Below are positions 1 to 8,098 of a stretch of DNA of 24,000 bases, piece after piece. The translations under genes were made by a program, and so were the position numbers. The first letter of the stretch is position 1, and each line of letters begins with the position of its first letter. A model generated the notes under the pieces. The model searched no databases, was not told where the DNA came from, and saw only the letters and a program-made list of their open reading frames with translations. Source of the stretch: an uncultured Gammaproteobacteria bacterium (GTDB lineage Bacteria; Patescibacteriota; Microgenomatia; UBA12405); assembly GCA_964434595.1 (NCBI GenBank), contig CAYSVP010000005.1, positions 1 to 24,000 on the forward strand. The letters are read 5' to 3'.

Positions 1-950
1 ACCCAAAATAAGGCAAATAAAATTATTGAAGGAAGTTTTTTTAAATTAGTCTTAATGAAGGAAATAAAAAATAAACAACTCAAACTTATACCAACACCCC
101 AGAAAAATAAATTTTTAAAAGAAAACAAGAATAAAGTTTTGCTTAGCCATTGAACTCCGGGAGGATACCAAGCCTGCCGGTCATTAAAAGAACTGAGTGA
201 TTTAAGACTAATTATAAACTGAGGATTAAGGTGAAAAAGATTAATAAATGAATATGGTTGAAAAATACGAAATATTAATAATGAAATTATTAAGAAACAA
301 AAACCGTAAAATAAAATATTTTTGAGCTTCTTTTTCCTTAGTAAAAATAGAAATACAACCGGAGAAAAATACAAAGCGGTTACTTTAGATGATAACGCTA
401 ATCCAAAAAATATTGCCGATAATGGCAAATAATTGTATACCAGAGCAGTAAAAGTGGCGACTAAAAAAAAGTTTAAAAATGTATCGACTGTAAAAAAATG
501 GGATAATTGAAGAGGTAAAACACAGAAAGTGTACAGTATAGAAGGCAGATAAATGAAGCGACTTTTTGATTTAAAGACTTTCCGAGATATTAAAAATAAA
601 AGAATTATGTTTAGGGAATCAAATAAAGCCGATAATCCCCGGCCCCAAAGGAAAAAATTATCATAAGTGTCCTGGTGAAAAAGATAGGAAATAGTCTTGG
701 TTATAAATAGAGGAAATGTACCGTAGACAAAAAATTCATATTGAGGATAGTTATAGGGATTGAGAGGTGAAATTGACGTATCAAAATACTGTGTTAATGA
801 ATCGGGAAGTTTAATGTCTACTCCAACCATGGTTAAATAACGTTCATCAGGATGAAGATGTTGAAATTGATCCCAATTAATACCATAAACCCTTAGGAGA
901 AGAGCTAGTAAAAATAAAAAGAAAATATAAAATATTTTTTTAATTGACAT
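1..950 (-). CDS. Polytopic membrane protein, GT-C/GT39-like glycosyltransferase paralog (N-terminal part; ORF runs off the window start)
   Basis: Not in the supplied track. Manual minus-strand translation from ATG 950-948 gives MSIKKIFYIFFLFLLALLLRVYGINWDQFQHLHPDERYLTMVGV..., with no stop down to base 1. Very hydrophobic and multi-TM. The HPDE(R) first-loop motif is shared with the neighbouring 940-2388 gene. Its start overlaps the upstream stop by 11 nt (ATGTCAATTAA). Confidence 0.6.
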   Translation of the reverse strand, partial: MSIKKIFYIFFLFLLALLLRVYGINWDQFQHLHPDERYLTMVGVDIKLPDSLTQYFDTSISPLNPYNYPQYEFFVYGTFPLFITKTISYLFHQDTYDNFFLWGRGLSALFDSLNIILLFLISRKVFKSKSRFIYLPSILYTFCVLPLQLSHFFTVDTFLNFFLVATFTALVYNYLPLSAIFFGLALSSKVTALYFSPVVFLFLLRKKKLKNILFYGFCFLIISLLIFRIFQPYSFINLFHLNPQFIISLKSLSSFNDRQAWYPPGVQWLSKTLFLFSFKNLFFWGVGISLSCLFFISFIKTNLKKLPSIILFALFW

Positions 951-2388
951 TTTTTTGATAAATTCTAATAGTAGGATGATCAAATACTGACCAAGTCTCT
1001 TCGGCGTTTTCGGAATCGAGAAAAAGATCATAATTGGGAACAAATTTTTTTATTTCAGAAAAGTTTAGATTACCACTGAATAAATTCTGATAATAGTCTG
1101 GGGCAAAATTATTTTTAAATACCCGACGTGAAGGAATAAAAATATAGTCGGAATAATTAATCTGATCAACTAAGTCTGTCGGTTGGTAATTATAAAAATC
1201 AAAATTATTAATATCTAAACTAATGTTATTAACGGGTAAATTAATAACATTACCCGACTCAGATAATACTGTTGAATGGGCAGGAATTTGATTATTAATC
1301 CAATCAGAGGCTTGGATTCTAATATCCGGTTGAAGATAAAGTCTTAAAAAGAAAATTCCGGGAACAATAGAGGTAATTAAAAACAGTTTACTTATAAAAG
1401 AATTCTTTATTTTACTAATCAACACTGTGGTCAAAAGAGGAAAAACAAAAAACAACGGAGCCATAAAACGTGACCATTTAACAAAAACCTGTCCGAAATA
1501 GGCAAAATAGACTAAGCAGGGAATAATAATAATGAGATTTTTTTTATTGATTTTGATAAAGAGTAAGCCAATTAAGCCGAAAATAAACATTAGCAAGCCT
1601 GACGAATAAGGGAATACTCTGTTTAACTGAAAAATATAAGCAATAGAGCCAACAAACTGTTGAGTATAAAAAACTGACAGCTTTCCAGTGGCTACTCCGG
1701 TTTCATATTTCATTGAAGATAAAAAATCTGTTAATACTAGAAAATTGTATGGGGAAAAAATGATTGAAGTTAAAAAAGCTGTTATGGGGACCAAAATGAA
1801 ATTTAAAATGTTTCGATTGACAATTAGGAAAGGAATAATAAAAATAATCGCTGAAACTTTAGTAGCTAAACCGATGCCTAAAAAAAAGGCTGTTAAAAAA
1901 TAATTAATTTTAAGTGTTGGTTTTTGATTGATACGAAAGGCCAATAACAATTCCAAAGCAAAAATTAAGTTGAGAATACTTTCAGTGGTACCGAAATGAG
2001 AGAGTTGAATTAAGCCAGGAGTAAAGATTAAAAGGGTCAGAAAAAATAAACGATGTTTTTCCAAATTAAAAAAATAAAAAGACAAACGATAAAGAACAAA
2101 AAGATAGATAACTGAACAGATTGCTGAAATACTTCGAAGAACCAGAACCGCGTTTACAAAGTTGATAGGAGTAAAAAATATTTTAAGTATAATAAAACCT
2201 AAATATAGGGGAAACTGTCCATAGGCAAAAAAATGAGGATTCAAATTTTGCCAGGATAATTGGGAAAGAGCTGTGGCCATATTATTTTCGTCGGGATGGA
2301 AAAAATATGACGAACCCCAATCAAGCTTGATAAACCGAGTGATGACAGCTAAAACAAAAAGATAAATCAAAAAATGCTTAGAGGACAT
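940..2388 (-). CDS. GT-C fold, GT39/PMT_2/ArnT-like polyprenyl-phosphate-sugar-dependent glycosyltransferase (482 aa)
   Basis: Long ORF with more than 10 predicted TM helices. Has an N-terminal loop with an acidic DE motif (FFHPDENNM), as in the PMT/ArnT-type loop 1, and a soluble C-terminal domain. 11-nt overlap with the upstream UbiA gene (ATGTCCTCTAA). Confidence 0.65.
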   Translation of the reverse strand: MSSKHFLIYLFVLAVITRFIKLDWGSSYFFHPDENNMATALSQLSWQNLNPHFFAYGQFPLYLGFIILKIFFTPINFVNAVLVLRSISAICSVIYLFVLYRLSFYFFNLEKHRLFFLTLLIFTPGLIQLSHFGTTESILNLIFALELLLAFRINQKPTLKINYFLTAFFLGIGLATKVSAIIFIIPFLIVNRNILNFILVPITAFLTSIIFSPYNFLVLTDFLSSMKYETGVATGKLSVFYTQQFVGSIAYIFQLNRVFPYSSGLLMFIFGLIGLLFIKINKKNLIIIIPCLVYFAYFGQVFVKWSRFMAPLFFVFPLLTTVLISKIKNSFISKLFLITSIVPGIFFLRLYLQPDIRIQASDWINNQIPAHSTVLSESGNVINLPVNNISLDINNFDFYNYQPTDLVDQINYSDYIFIPSRRVFKNNFAPDYYQNLFSGNLNFSEIKKFVPNYDLFLDSENAEETWSVFDHPTIRIYQKNVN

Positions 2389-3301
2389 AGATGATAGTAA
2401 TTATCGCCAGCCCCCAGGCGACCACAGACATTAAGAGGGGAATATCAGTAGCAATAATCCGTTCTGGTCGTTCCCCTTCTTGCATTTCAAATATTATTTG
2501 ACCATAGCGCATAATGCCATAAATTACCGGAATAATTGTAACCATATACCATTTACGATCAAGAGCGGTAGGAAAATTATCGACAAGAAAATGATGAATT
2601 AAACCTTGAAATTTTATTTTTTCTTCAAAAAAAGTATACATGGAATAGGTAATTAAGGTACAGACGGCAAACATAGTGGTATAAAAATTGAGCAAGCTCT
2701 TTCCGTAGCCACTTAAGGCACTACGAGTCTTGGTGCCAACATTATAGAGTTCACTACGACGTTTACCACTGGCAATAAAAAGTGATAAAAAAATGACGGT
2801 AAGCATAATCCAAATCGGTAGATGATAGCCAGTAGCGATCTCTCCGGCAAATGCTCGAAGAATAAAGAAAAAAGAAATACCAATAATATCAAGAACAGCC
2901 TTCTTCTTGAGAAAAGCAGAATAGGAATACTGAAGAACAATAAACAACAAACAAATTAAGAAAAAATTAAAATTTACTGAGATAGCAACCGATAATCCTA
3001 AAAAAAAGAGAAGAACAGAAAAAAATAAAGCCTGACTAATAGAGATATCACCACGGGCAATGGGACGGTTTTTTTTAACGGGATGACGGCGGTCGTTTTC
3101 AACATCCAAAACATCATTAACCAAATATGAGGAAGAAGAAAGGGCACAAAAACTAATAAAAGCTAAAATAGAATAAGTTAAAGAACTTGGATTAAATAAT
3201 TGACCGGTCAAAATAGCTGCAGAAAAAACGGCAAAATTCTTTATCCATTGGGCGGGTCGAAAAGCTTCAAAAATTGACAAGGCATTGTGTAATTTATTCA
3301 T
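2378..3301 (-). CDS. UbiA-family prenyltransferase, decaprenyl-phosphate phosphoribosyltransferase-like (DPPR synthase type)
   Basis: 307 aa polytopic protein with the first Asp-rich motif NDVLDVENDRRHPVKKNRPIARG. The ND..D...DR.HP.K..RPIA.G pattern is typical of the Rv3806c-like UbiA subfamily. Confidence 0.8.
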   Translation of the reverse strand: MNKLHNALSIFEAFRPAQWIKNFAVFSAAILTGQLFNPSSLTYSILAFISFCALSSSSYLVNDVLDVENDRRHPVKKNRPIARGDISISQALFFSVLLFFLGLSVAISVNFNFFLICLLFIVLQYSYSAFLKKKAVLDIIGISFFFILRAFAGEIATGYHLPIWIMLTVIFLSLFIASGKRRSELYNVGTKTRSALSGYGKSLLNFYTTMFAVCTLITYSMYTFFEEKIKFQGLIHHFLVDNFPTALDRKWYMVTIIPVIYGIMRYGQIIFEMQEGERPERIIATDIPLLMSVVAWGLAIITIIYVL

Positions 3302-3310
3302 GACATCACA

Positions 3311-3338
3311 ATAATACCAAAATTAAGAACAAAGTAAA
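3311..3338 (-). promoter_or_regulatory. Putative sigma70-type promoter TTTACT-16 nt-TGgTATTAT, with the -10 ending 9 nt before ATG 3301
   Basis: Read on the minus strand: TTTACT (3338-3333), a 16-nt spacer, an extended -10 TGG+TATTAT (3319-3311), then tgtgatgtc and ATG. Confidence 0.35.
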
Positions 3339-3349
3339 AACCAAATGGA

Positions 3350-4600
3350 TTATCTTAGAAAACTAAAAGATATAAGAAATAGACCACAAGCAAGGACAAT
3401 TATTAGAATGGTTGGTAGAGAAATACCTGATTCGGGGACGGCAGAATCAGTACTAGGATAAGCAACTCTAACTGTCGGCACTAAGGTTGGGGTAGGAGTC
3501 GGAGCTAAAGTAGCTGAAGCTGAAGCGGTAAAAGCCATTGTAGAATTCTCAGCTGCCTGAACAACAAAATTACGAGTAATTGTTTGATAAACTCCAGAAA
3601 TTGGATCCAAAACCTTGGCGGTAATAGTATGATTTCCTGGTTCTAGTTCTGAAGTTGGTGACCAATGCCATGAACCAGTACTATCTGATTGTGATTGACT
3701 GGAAATCTCATTTGAAGAATTGACAGTAATAATAATTTGACTGTTCGCCGGAGCAACACCAAAAAAATCAGGTAAACCTGTATTAATATTTTCATTTTCC
3801 TTGGGATTTAAAATATCGATATTCTTCGAAAGAGTGGGTGATAATTGATTTGTAATTACAGGTGTAAAATCCGAAGTAGTGGTAGTTGGAACCGCAACTG
3901 GAACGTTAGTGAAATAATCCTGACCAATAGTAATGTCTGGTACTGGATTATTACGATCAGTAGTATTAACTAATTGAGTAACTATGCCATTTTCAGAAAT
4001 TACGATCAAATCTTCACTGGCTGAAGAATTTGTTGGTGAGTACCAATCGGTTTTTGATTCATTAAAACTATTGGCTAGAGGAATATTCCAGTTTCCATCG
4101 GAAGTGGTAAAAGCTGATAATGGCGAAGCTCCGGGAATATTCAAATAAACAATAACATTTTTAGCTGGATTTTTGTCAACAGTAATAACCCGTCCCCAAG
4201 CTAATTTGGCCTCTACAGCAATAGTACTAGGTTGACTACCTGTCTTGACGATATAATCCGGTTTGGTAATTTTCTGACCGTTACTGATAACAGTATAAGG
4301 AATACTTGTATTCGAAGGAAGATTATATATTTGAAAATAATGTAACTTTCCTTGATCTTGAAAATCATCTAGTGTTTGATTATTAATCATCAAAGATACT
4401 AAACAAGTATCGATGGTTGAAAAAGAAATTGCAGCTGATTTGTCGGTAATATTGGTAATTTGTGGATTAACTGGTTGGCAATTGCCACTAGCTTTTATAT
4501 TGGTATTGATTTTTTGACGGGTAGCAAAAACTCCAACAAAAACAGTTAGTGTTAACAATAACAAACCAAAAATAGTAGGTATCTTTTTTTCTTTATTCAT
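3350..4600 (-). CDS. Cell-surface multidomain protein (Fn3-like + prealbumin/CarboxypepD_reg-like + bacterial Ig-like domains) with an N-terminal signal/anchor and a C-terminal TM sorting-like tail
   Basis: 416 aa. N-terminal hydrophobic segment IPTIFGLLLLTLTVFVGVFA. Beta-rich domains, e.g. AWGRVITVDKNPAKNVIVYLN..TTSDGNWNIPL and STGSWHWSPTSELEPGNHTITAKV. A Thr/Pro linker APTPTPTLVPT. C-terminus VPESGISLPTILIIVLACGLFLISFSFLR. Confidence 0.7.
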   Translation of the reverse strand: MNKEKKIPTIFGLLLLTLTVFVGVFATRQKINTNIKASGNCQPVNPQITNITDKSAAISFSTIDTCLVSLMINNQTLDDFQDQGKLHYFQIYNLPSNTSIPYTVISNGQKITKPDYIVKTGSQPSTIAVEAKLAWGRVITVDKNPAKNVIVYLNIPGASPLSAFTTSDGNWNIPLANSFNESKTDWYSPTNSSASEDLIVISENGIVTQLVNTTDRNNPVPDITIGQDYFTNVPVAVPTTTTSDFTPVITNQLSPTLSKNIDILNPKENENINTGLPDFFGVAPANSQIIITVNSSNEISSQSQSDSTGSWHWSPTSELEPGNHTITAKVLDPISGVYQTITRNFVVQAAENSTMAFTASASATLAPTPTPTLVPTVRVAYPSTDSAVPESGISLPTILIIVLACGLFLISFSFLR

Positions 4601-4892
4601 TATTGGATGGTATTTGATTGTTCATTAATGATTCATCGATAATCGGGACCGAAGAAACACTACTGGAACTGGCCTCTTCAATTGAGGAAAAATAATTATC
4701 ACGTTTTTCAATCTGATCGAGAAGACTGGTGTCCAGATTAGGATCAATCGGATCTAGGAGATTATTATTTTGAGCATTATTAATTGGTTTCATTAAATTA
4801 ATATAGCTTTCTTGGACGACAAAAACAAAGATGGTAATAAATGTCAGAATACTAATTATCAGAAAGTAGTTGTTTATTTTACTTTTTTTCAT
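4593..4892 (-). CDS. Small N-terminally anchored acidic membrane protein (hypothetical)
   Basis: I prefer the internal ATG at 4892 (MKKSKINNYFLIISILTFITIFVFVV...), which gives a basic N-terminus plus a TM. The track's longer form (to 4976) would overlap about 100 nt of the upstream gene. Overlaps its neighbours by 14 nt and 8 nt. Confidence 0.5.
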   Translation of the reverse strand: MKKSKINNYFLIISILTFITIFVFVVQESYINLMKPINNAQNNNLLDPIDPNLDTSLLDQIEKRDNYFSSIEEASSSSVSSVPIIDESLMNNQIPSNNE

Positions 4893-5523
4893 TTGTTTTT
4901 TGCCAATAAGAAAATGTGGTAGTGAAATTGGTAACCAGAGGATTTTGCCCATCATTTTCTTGGTTATCAGTATCATTATTAAAGGTAATTTTAGAAATAT
5001 TAATTAGCCGGCGATTATTTAATAAATCAGCGACAATTTTGACACTATCGATAAAAGGATTTTTTATATCCAGAGAGATATCGTAATTATTGATATTGGA
5101 ATCTTTTTTAACTTCTTCATCCAGATCATTTAGATCAAAACTACCGAAGTTGAATGAGGTACCGTATTTATTGAGTGTTTCTTTTATTTGATTGAAGGAT
5201 TGGTAAAAATTTGGTCTACTGGGAAGGCTGGATTCGATAATCTGATAGCGACCCTGGGCTAAAGAATAGCTTTCCTGGGCTAGCATCAGACTATTAATTT
5301 TATCTTTCATTTGATTGTTGGTTATTTCTTTTGACTTTATTTCGCCGATTAGGGAAAAAATAGTTTGGGCGGTCGGTTTGATAGCAAAAAACAAAAAGAA
5401 GGAAATCAGAAGAAAAGTGATAGCTATCTCGAAACGAAGCATAAATTTTTTATTCTCTTGTTGTTTTTTAAGGAAATCGGATAGTTTTTGAGCCCCATCG
5501 GAAGTATATTGGAATGGTTTCAT
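4879..5523 (-). CDS. pilO: PilO-like type IV pilus/alignment-complex protein (bitopic, coiled coil + C-terminal alpha/beta domain)
   Basis: 214 aa. Cytoplasmic N-terminus, one TM (FEIAITFLLISFFLFFAI), a coiled-coil segment and a C-terminal domain with PilO-like periodicity. Lies immediately downstream of, and overlapping (ATGA), a PilN-like gene. Confidence 0.5.
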   Translation of the reverse strand: MKPFQYTSDGAQKLSDFLKKQQENKKFMLRFEIAITFLLISFFLFFAIKPTAQTIFSLIGEIKSKEITNNQMKDKINSLMLAQESYSLAQGRYQIIESSLPSRPNFYQSFNQIKETLNKYGTSFNFGSFDLNDLDEEVKKDSNINNYDISLDIKNPFIDSVKIVADLLNNRRLINISKITFNNDTDNQENDGQNPLVTNFTTTFSYWQKTNEKK

Positions 5524-6086
5524 GGTTTTTTATTATTAAAAACTAAGGTAATCGAAACAGTATAGGTGGATTCTTTAGGTTTCTTTTCAATACTGACAAC
5601 ATTGACTGATTTAATATCGGGATTAACACTAAGATTGGAAATATAATCAACTATTGATGACTCTTTGTTGGATATAATCAATATCGAGGCAGAAAGGTCC
5701 TGATTTTCGGGATTCTGGGAGATTTCAAGTTTGCTGAAAGATATATCGGTGGGAGTACTGGCGACAAGTGATTCAATTTTTGCCGGATATTCCGGCTGGT
5801 TTTTATAAAATTTATCAATATATTTTAATCGTTGTTGAAGGAGAACATATTCGTCTTGAAAATCTTGAGTACTTTCAATAATAGCTTTTCTTTGACGGAT
5901 TACTTCGGAAAGATCTGAATTTTTACGATCCAACCAAAAACGGGAAACAAAAGCACTAATAACCACCAGCTCAGTTAGAACAATAACGAAGCGCCCAATA
6001 GTGGTTAACCAATTTAGAAGTCTGGCAGAAAACGAGTTGATGTTTTCCGAATCGGGAAGAAATGAAATTTCCTTTTTAACTGCCAT
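5520..6086 (-). CDS. pilN: PilN-like fimbrial assembly protein
   Basis: 188 aa. N-terminal ISFLP resembles the PilM-binding INLLP motif. It is followed by a TM (IGRFVIVLTELVVISAFV), a coiled coil and a ferredoxin-like C-terminal domain. Confidence 0.55.
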   Translation of the reverse strand: MAVKKEISFLPDSENINSFSARLLNWLTTIGRFVIVLTELVVISAFVSRFWLDRKNSDLSEVIRQRKAIIESTQDFQDEYVLLQQRLKYIDKFYKNQPEYPAKIESLVASTPTDISFSKLEISQNPENQDLSASILIISNKESSIVDYISNLSVNPDIKSVNVVSIEKKPKESTYTVSITLVFNNKKP

Positions 6087-6096
6087 ATCAAATAAC

Positions 6097-6102
6097 AGTA
6101 TA
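6097..6102 (-). promoter_or_regulatory. Putative -10 box TATACT, 10 nt upstream of the pilN-like ATG (6086)
   Basis: Minus strand reads ...tttctaTATACTgttatttgatATG. No convincing -35. Confidence 0.25.
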
Positions 6103-6128
6103 TAGAAAAATTTGAAGAAATAAAAATA

Positions 6129-7742
6129 TTAGTGTTTGGTGAGAAAATTTGTAGCTTTTAGATAATAATGCCGATAGCTATTGTATTCCTCAATTTTCAA
6201 CAATTTAGCAGAAATAAAGAAAATAATTACTCCCACCAGAGCGGCAACTACTGTAGTAAGAATCAAAAAAACTGTTCTAGTGGTATCAAAAACAAAAAGA
6301 TCAATGAACCGGAGAGTTGACCAGGAAGAGAAAGCTAATAGTAGTGAAGCAATAATAATTTTTATAATGTGGACCAAGGTCTTGTCCCAACCATCGCCAT
6401 CAACCCGAATAATAAAGGCATAAAATAGACCTATACATTGGATAAAATTACCAATAGTGTCACTAATAGCCAAACCAATAATACCAATATTAGTGTAATT
6501 TACTAATAAATAACAGGCTAAAATACTACAGCTAAGGGAAATAACTGATAAACGAAGAGGAGTCTTGGTATCATGAAGGGCATAAAAAGATCGAATTAAA
6601 ATTTGAATAATTGATTGACAGATAATTACTGGTGTTAGATAGGCTAATGTTCTAGCAGTGATAATGGTAGCAGACCAAGGAAATTGTTTGGCACCAAAAG
6701 CAATACGAACAAGAGCAAAACGATGAACCAAAACTAGGGCAGTAATCGGAATAGCGATAAATAATCCTTGGGTAATAGTCCGACGAACGGTATTACGAAA
6801 TAGATTCATTTCATTACGAGCAACATTTTTTGAAAGAATCGGTAGAGAAGCCTGACCAACCGTAGTACTAAAAATTCGACTGGGTAGATATATTAGTTGC
6901 ATAGCTAAATTTAATAACGACAATGACCCGGCAGTTAAAGTGCTAGCAAAAAAAAGGGTGACAGTACTACCGATTTCCCCAAGTCCTAAAGAGAGACTAC
7001 GAGGAAGCATTAGACGGATAACTTCATTAACACCATCAGTTTTATATTTAAGAGAAAAACGATAACGAAACCCTAGTTTTTTTAATAAGGGAAACTGAAT
7101 AGCCAAATGAAAGAAAGCTCCAAAAACAGCACCATAAACGACTCCATAAATTCCAAATGTAGGTGCTAGACAAAAGATACCTAAAATAATAAAAATGTTA
7201 TAGACAATGGGGGAAAGGGCTGGAATTAAAAAGACTTGATGAACCTGAAGTATACCGGTAAAAAAATTACTAATTAGAAAGAATATCTGGGCGATAAGTA
7301 AAATACGAGTAAGGTTGGACATTAATCCAATTTGATAATCAGTAAAACCAGGGGCAATTAAGCGGGAAAATTGGTTAGTAAAAATTAAGATAACCAGAGA
7401 AGCAAAACTAAAAACAATCAAAAGAAGGGTAATAACCACTGAAGACATTTCGTAGGCTTTCTTCTTGTTCTTGTGAATAAATCCGGTAAATACAGGAATA
7501 AAAGAAGCAGATAGAGCTCCAGTTACTAAAAGTTTAAAAATTAAGTCAGGTAATCTAAAGGCGGCATTATAAGCATCAAGGTCAAAAACACAGCAATTGT
7601 AAAAATGAGCGTAGAGTGATTTACTCCGAAAAAGACCTAAAATAGCAGATATGCCGAATGTTACCGCTAATACTATGCTTGCTGACAAAATACTTTTTTG
7701 TCTTCTGATCCCAATGTTGGCAATTTTATCTTTAAGTGACAT
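6129..7742 (-). CDS. murJ: Lipid II flippase MurJ (MviN family, MOP superfamily)
   Basis: 537 aa with about 14 TM helices. The N-terminal block ...LGLFRSKSLYAHF...DAYNAAFRLPDLIFKLLVTGALSASFIPVF matches the MurJ signature. Confidence 0.9.
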   Translation of the reverse strand: MSLKDKIANIGIRRQKSILSASIVLAVTFGISAILGLFRSKSLYAHFYNCCVFDLDAYNAAFRLPDLIFKLLVTGALSASFIPVFTGFIHKNKKKAYEMSSVVITLLLIVFSFASLVILIFTNQFSRLIAPGFTDYQIGLMSNLTRILLIAQIFFLISNFFTGILQVHQVFLIPALSPIVYNIFIILGIFCLAPTFGIYGVVYGAVFGAFFHLAIQFPLLKKLGFRYRFSLKYKTDGVNEVIRLMLPRSLSLGLGEIGSTVTLFFASTLTAGSLSLLNLAMQLIYLPSRIFSTTVGQASLPILSKNVARNEMNLFRNTVRRTITQGLFIAIPITALVLVHRFALVRIAFGAKQFPWSATIITARTLAYLTPVIICQSIIQILIRSFYALHDTKTPLRLSVISLSCSILACYLLVNYTNIGIIGLAISDTIGNFIQCIGLFYAFIIRVDGDGWDKTLVHIIKIIIASLLLAFSSWSTLRFIDLFVFDTTRTVFLILTTVVAALVGVIIFFISAKLLKIEEYNSYRHYYLKATNFLTKH

Positions 7743-7750
7743 GATCTATT

Positions 7751-7756
7751 ATTATA
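7751..7756 (-). promoter_or_regulatory. Putative -10 box TATAAT, 8 nt upstream of the murJ ATG (7742)
   Basis: Minus strand reads gataaTATAATaatagatcATG. The -35 is weak. Confidence 0.35.
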
Positions 7757-7761
7757 TTATC

Positions 7762-7790
7762 TTGTAATTAGTTTTTGGATAAGATAGAAT
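7762..7790 (+). promoter_or_regulatory. Putative sigma70-type promoter TTGTAA-17 nt-TAGAAT, with the -10 ending 7 nt before the rpsT ATG (7798)
   Basis: TTGTAA at 7762-7767, a 17-nt spacer, TAGAAT at 7785-7790, then atcgact and ATG. No SD motif. Confidence 0.45.
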
Positions 7791-7797
7791 ATCGACT

Positions 7798-8064
7798 ATG
7801 CCAATTGGAAGATCTGCAAAAAAAACACTGCGTAAAACAGTCAAAAATCACGATGTTAATTTAGTTTTAAAAAATAAAATCAAATTAACTATCAAAAATT
7901 TTTTGGCCAAACCAACTGAAAAGGGTTTGTCGGAAGTTGATTCTGTTCTGGATAAAGGAATTAAAAAACATTTAGTTCACAAAAATAAAGTAGCCAGATT
8001 AAAATCGAATTTTTCTAAAAAAATAACTGTCAAGAGAACTGCTAAGGAAAAAATGTCAAAATAA
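7798..8064 (+). CDS. rpsT: 30S ribosomal protein S20
   Basis: 88 aa, very basic. The start MPIGRSAKKTLRKTVKNHDVNLVLKNKIK... is typical of bS20. Confidence 0.9.
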   Translation: MPIGRSAKKTLRKTVKNHDVNLVLKNKIKLTIKNFLAKPTEKGLSEVDSVLDKGIKKHLVHKNKVARLKSNFSKKITVKRTAKEKMSK

Positions 8065-8098
8065 TTAGGTATAATTGCTTAATTATTTAGACATTTTT

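Noticed and set aside
8075-8098. N-terminal extensions in the ORF track: metG from TTG 8075, 4593-4976, the permease from 17400 and the ATPase from 18091.
   Set aside because: The extensions add non-homologous residues (for example MAAIIWVAWVAWV, which is the antisense reading of the GMGGMG repeat) and create long overlaps with upstream genes. Internal ATGs at 8099, 4892, 17304 and 18022 start exactly at the conserved N-termini.
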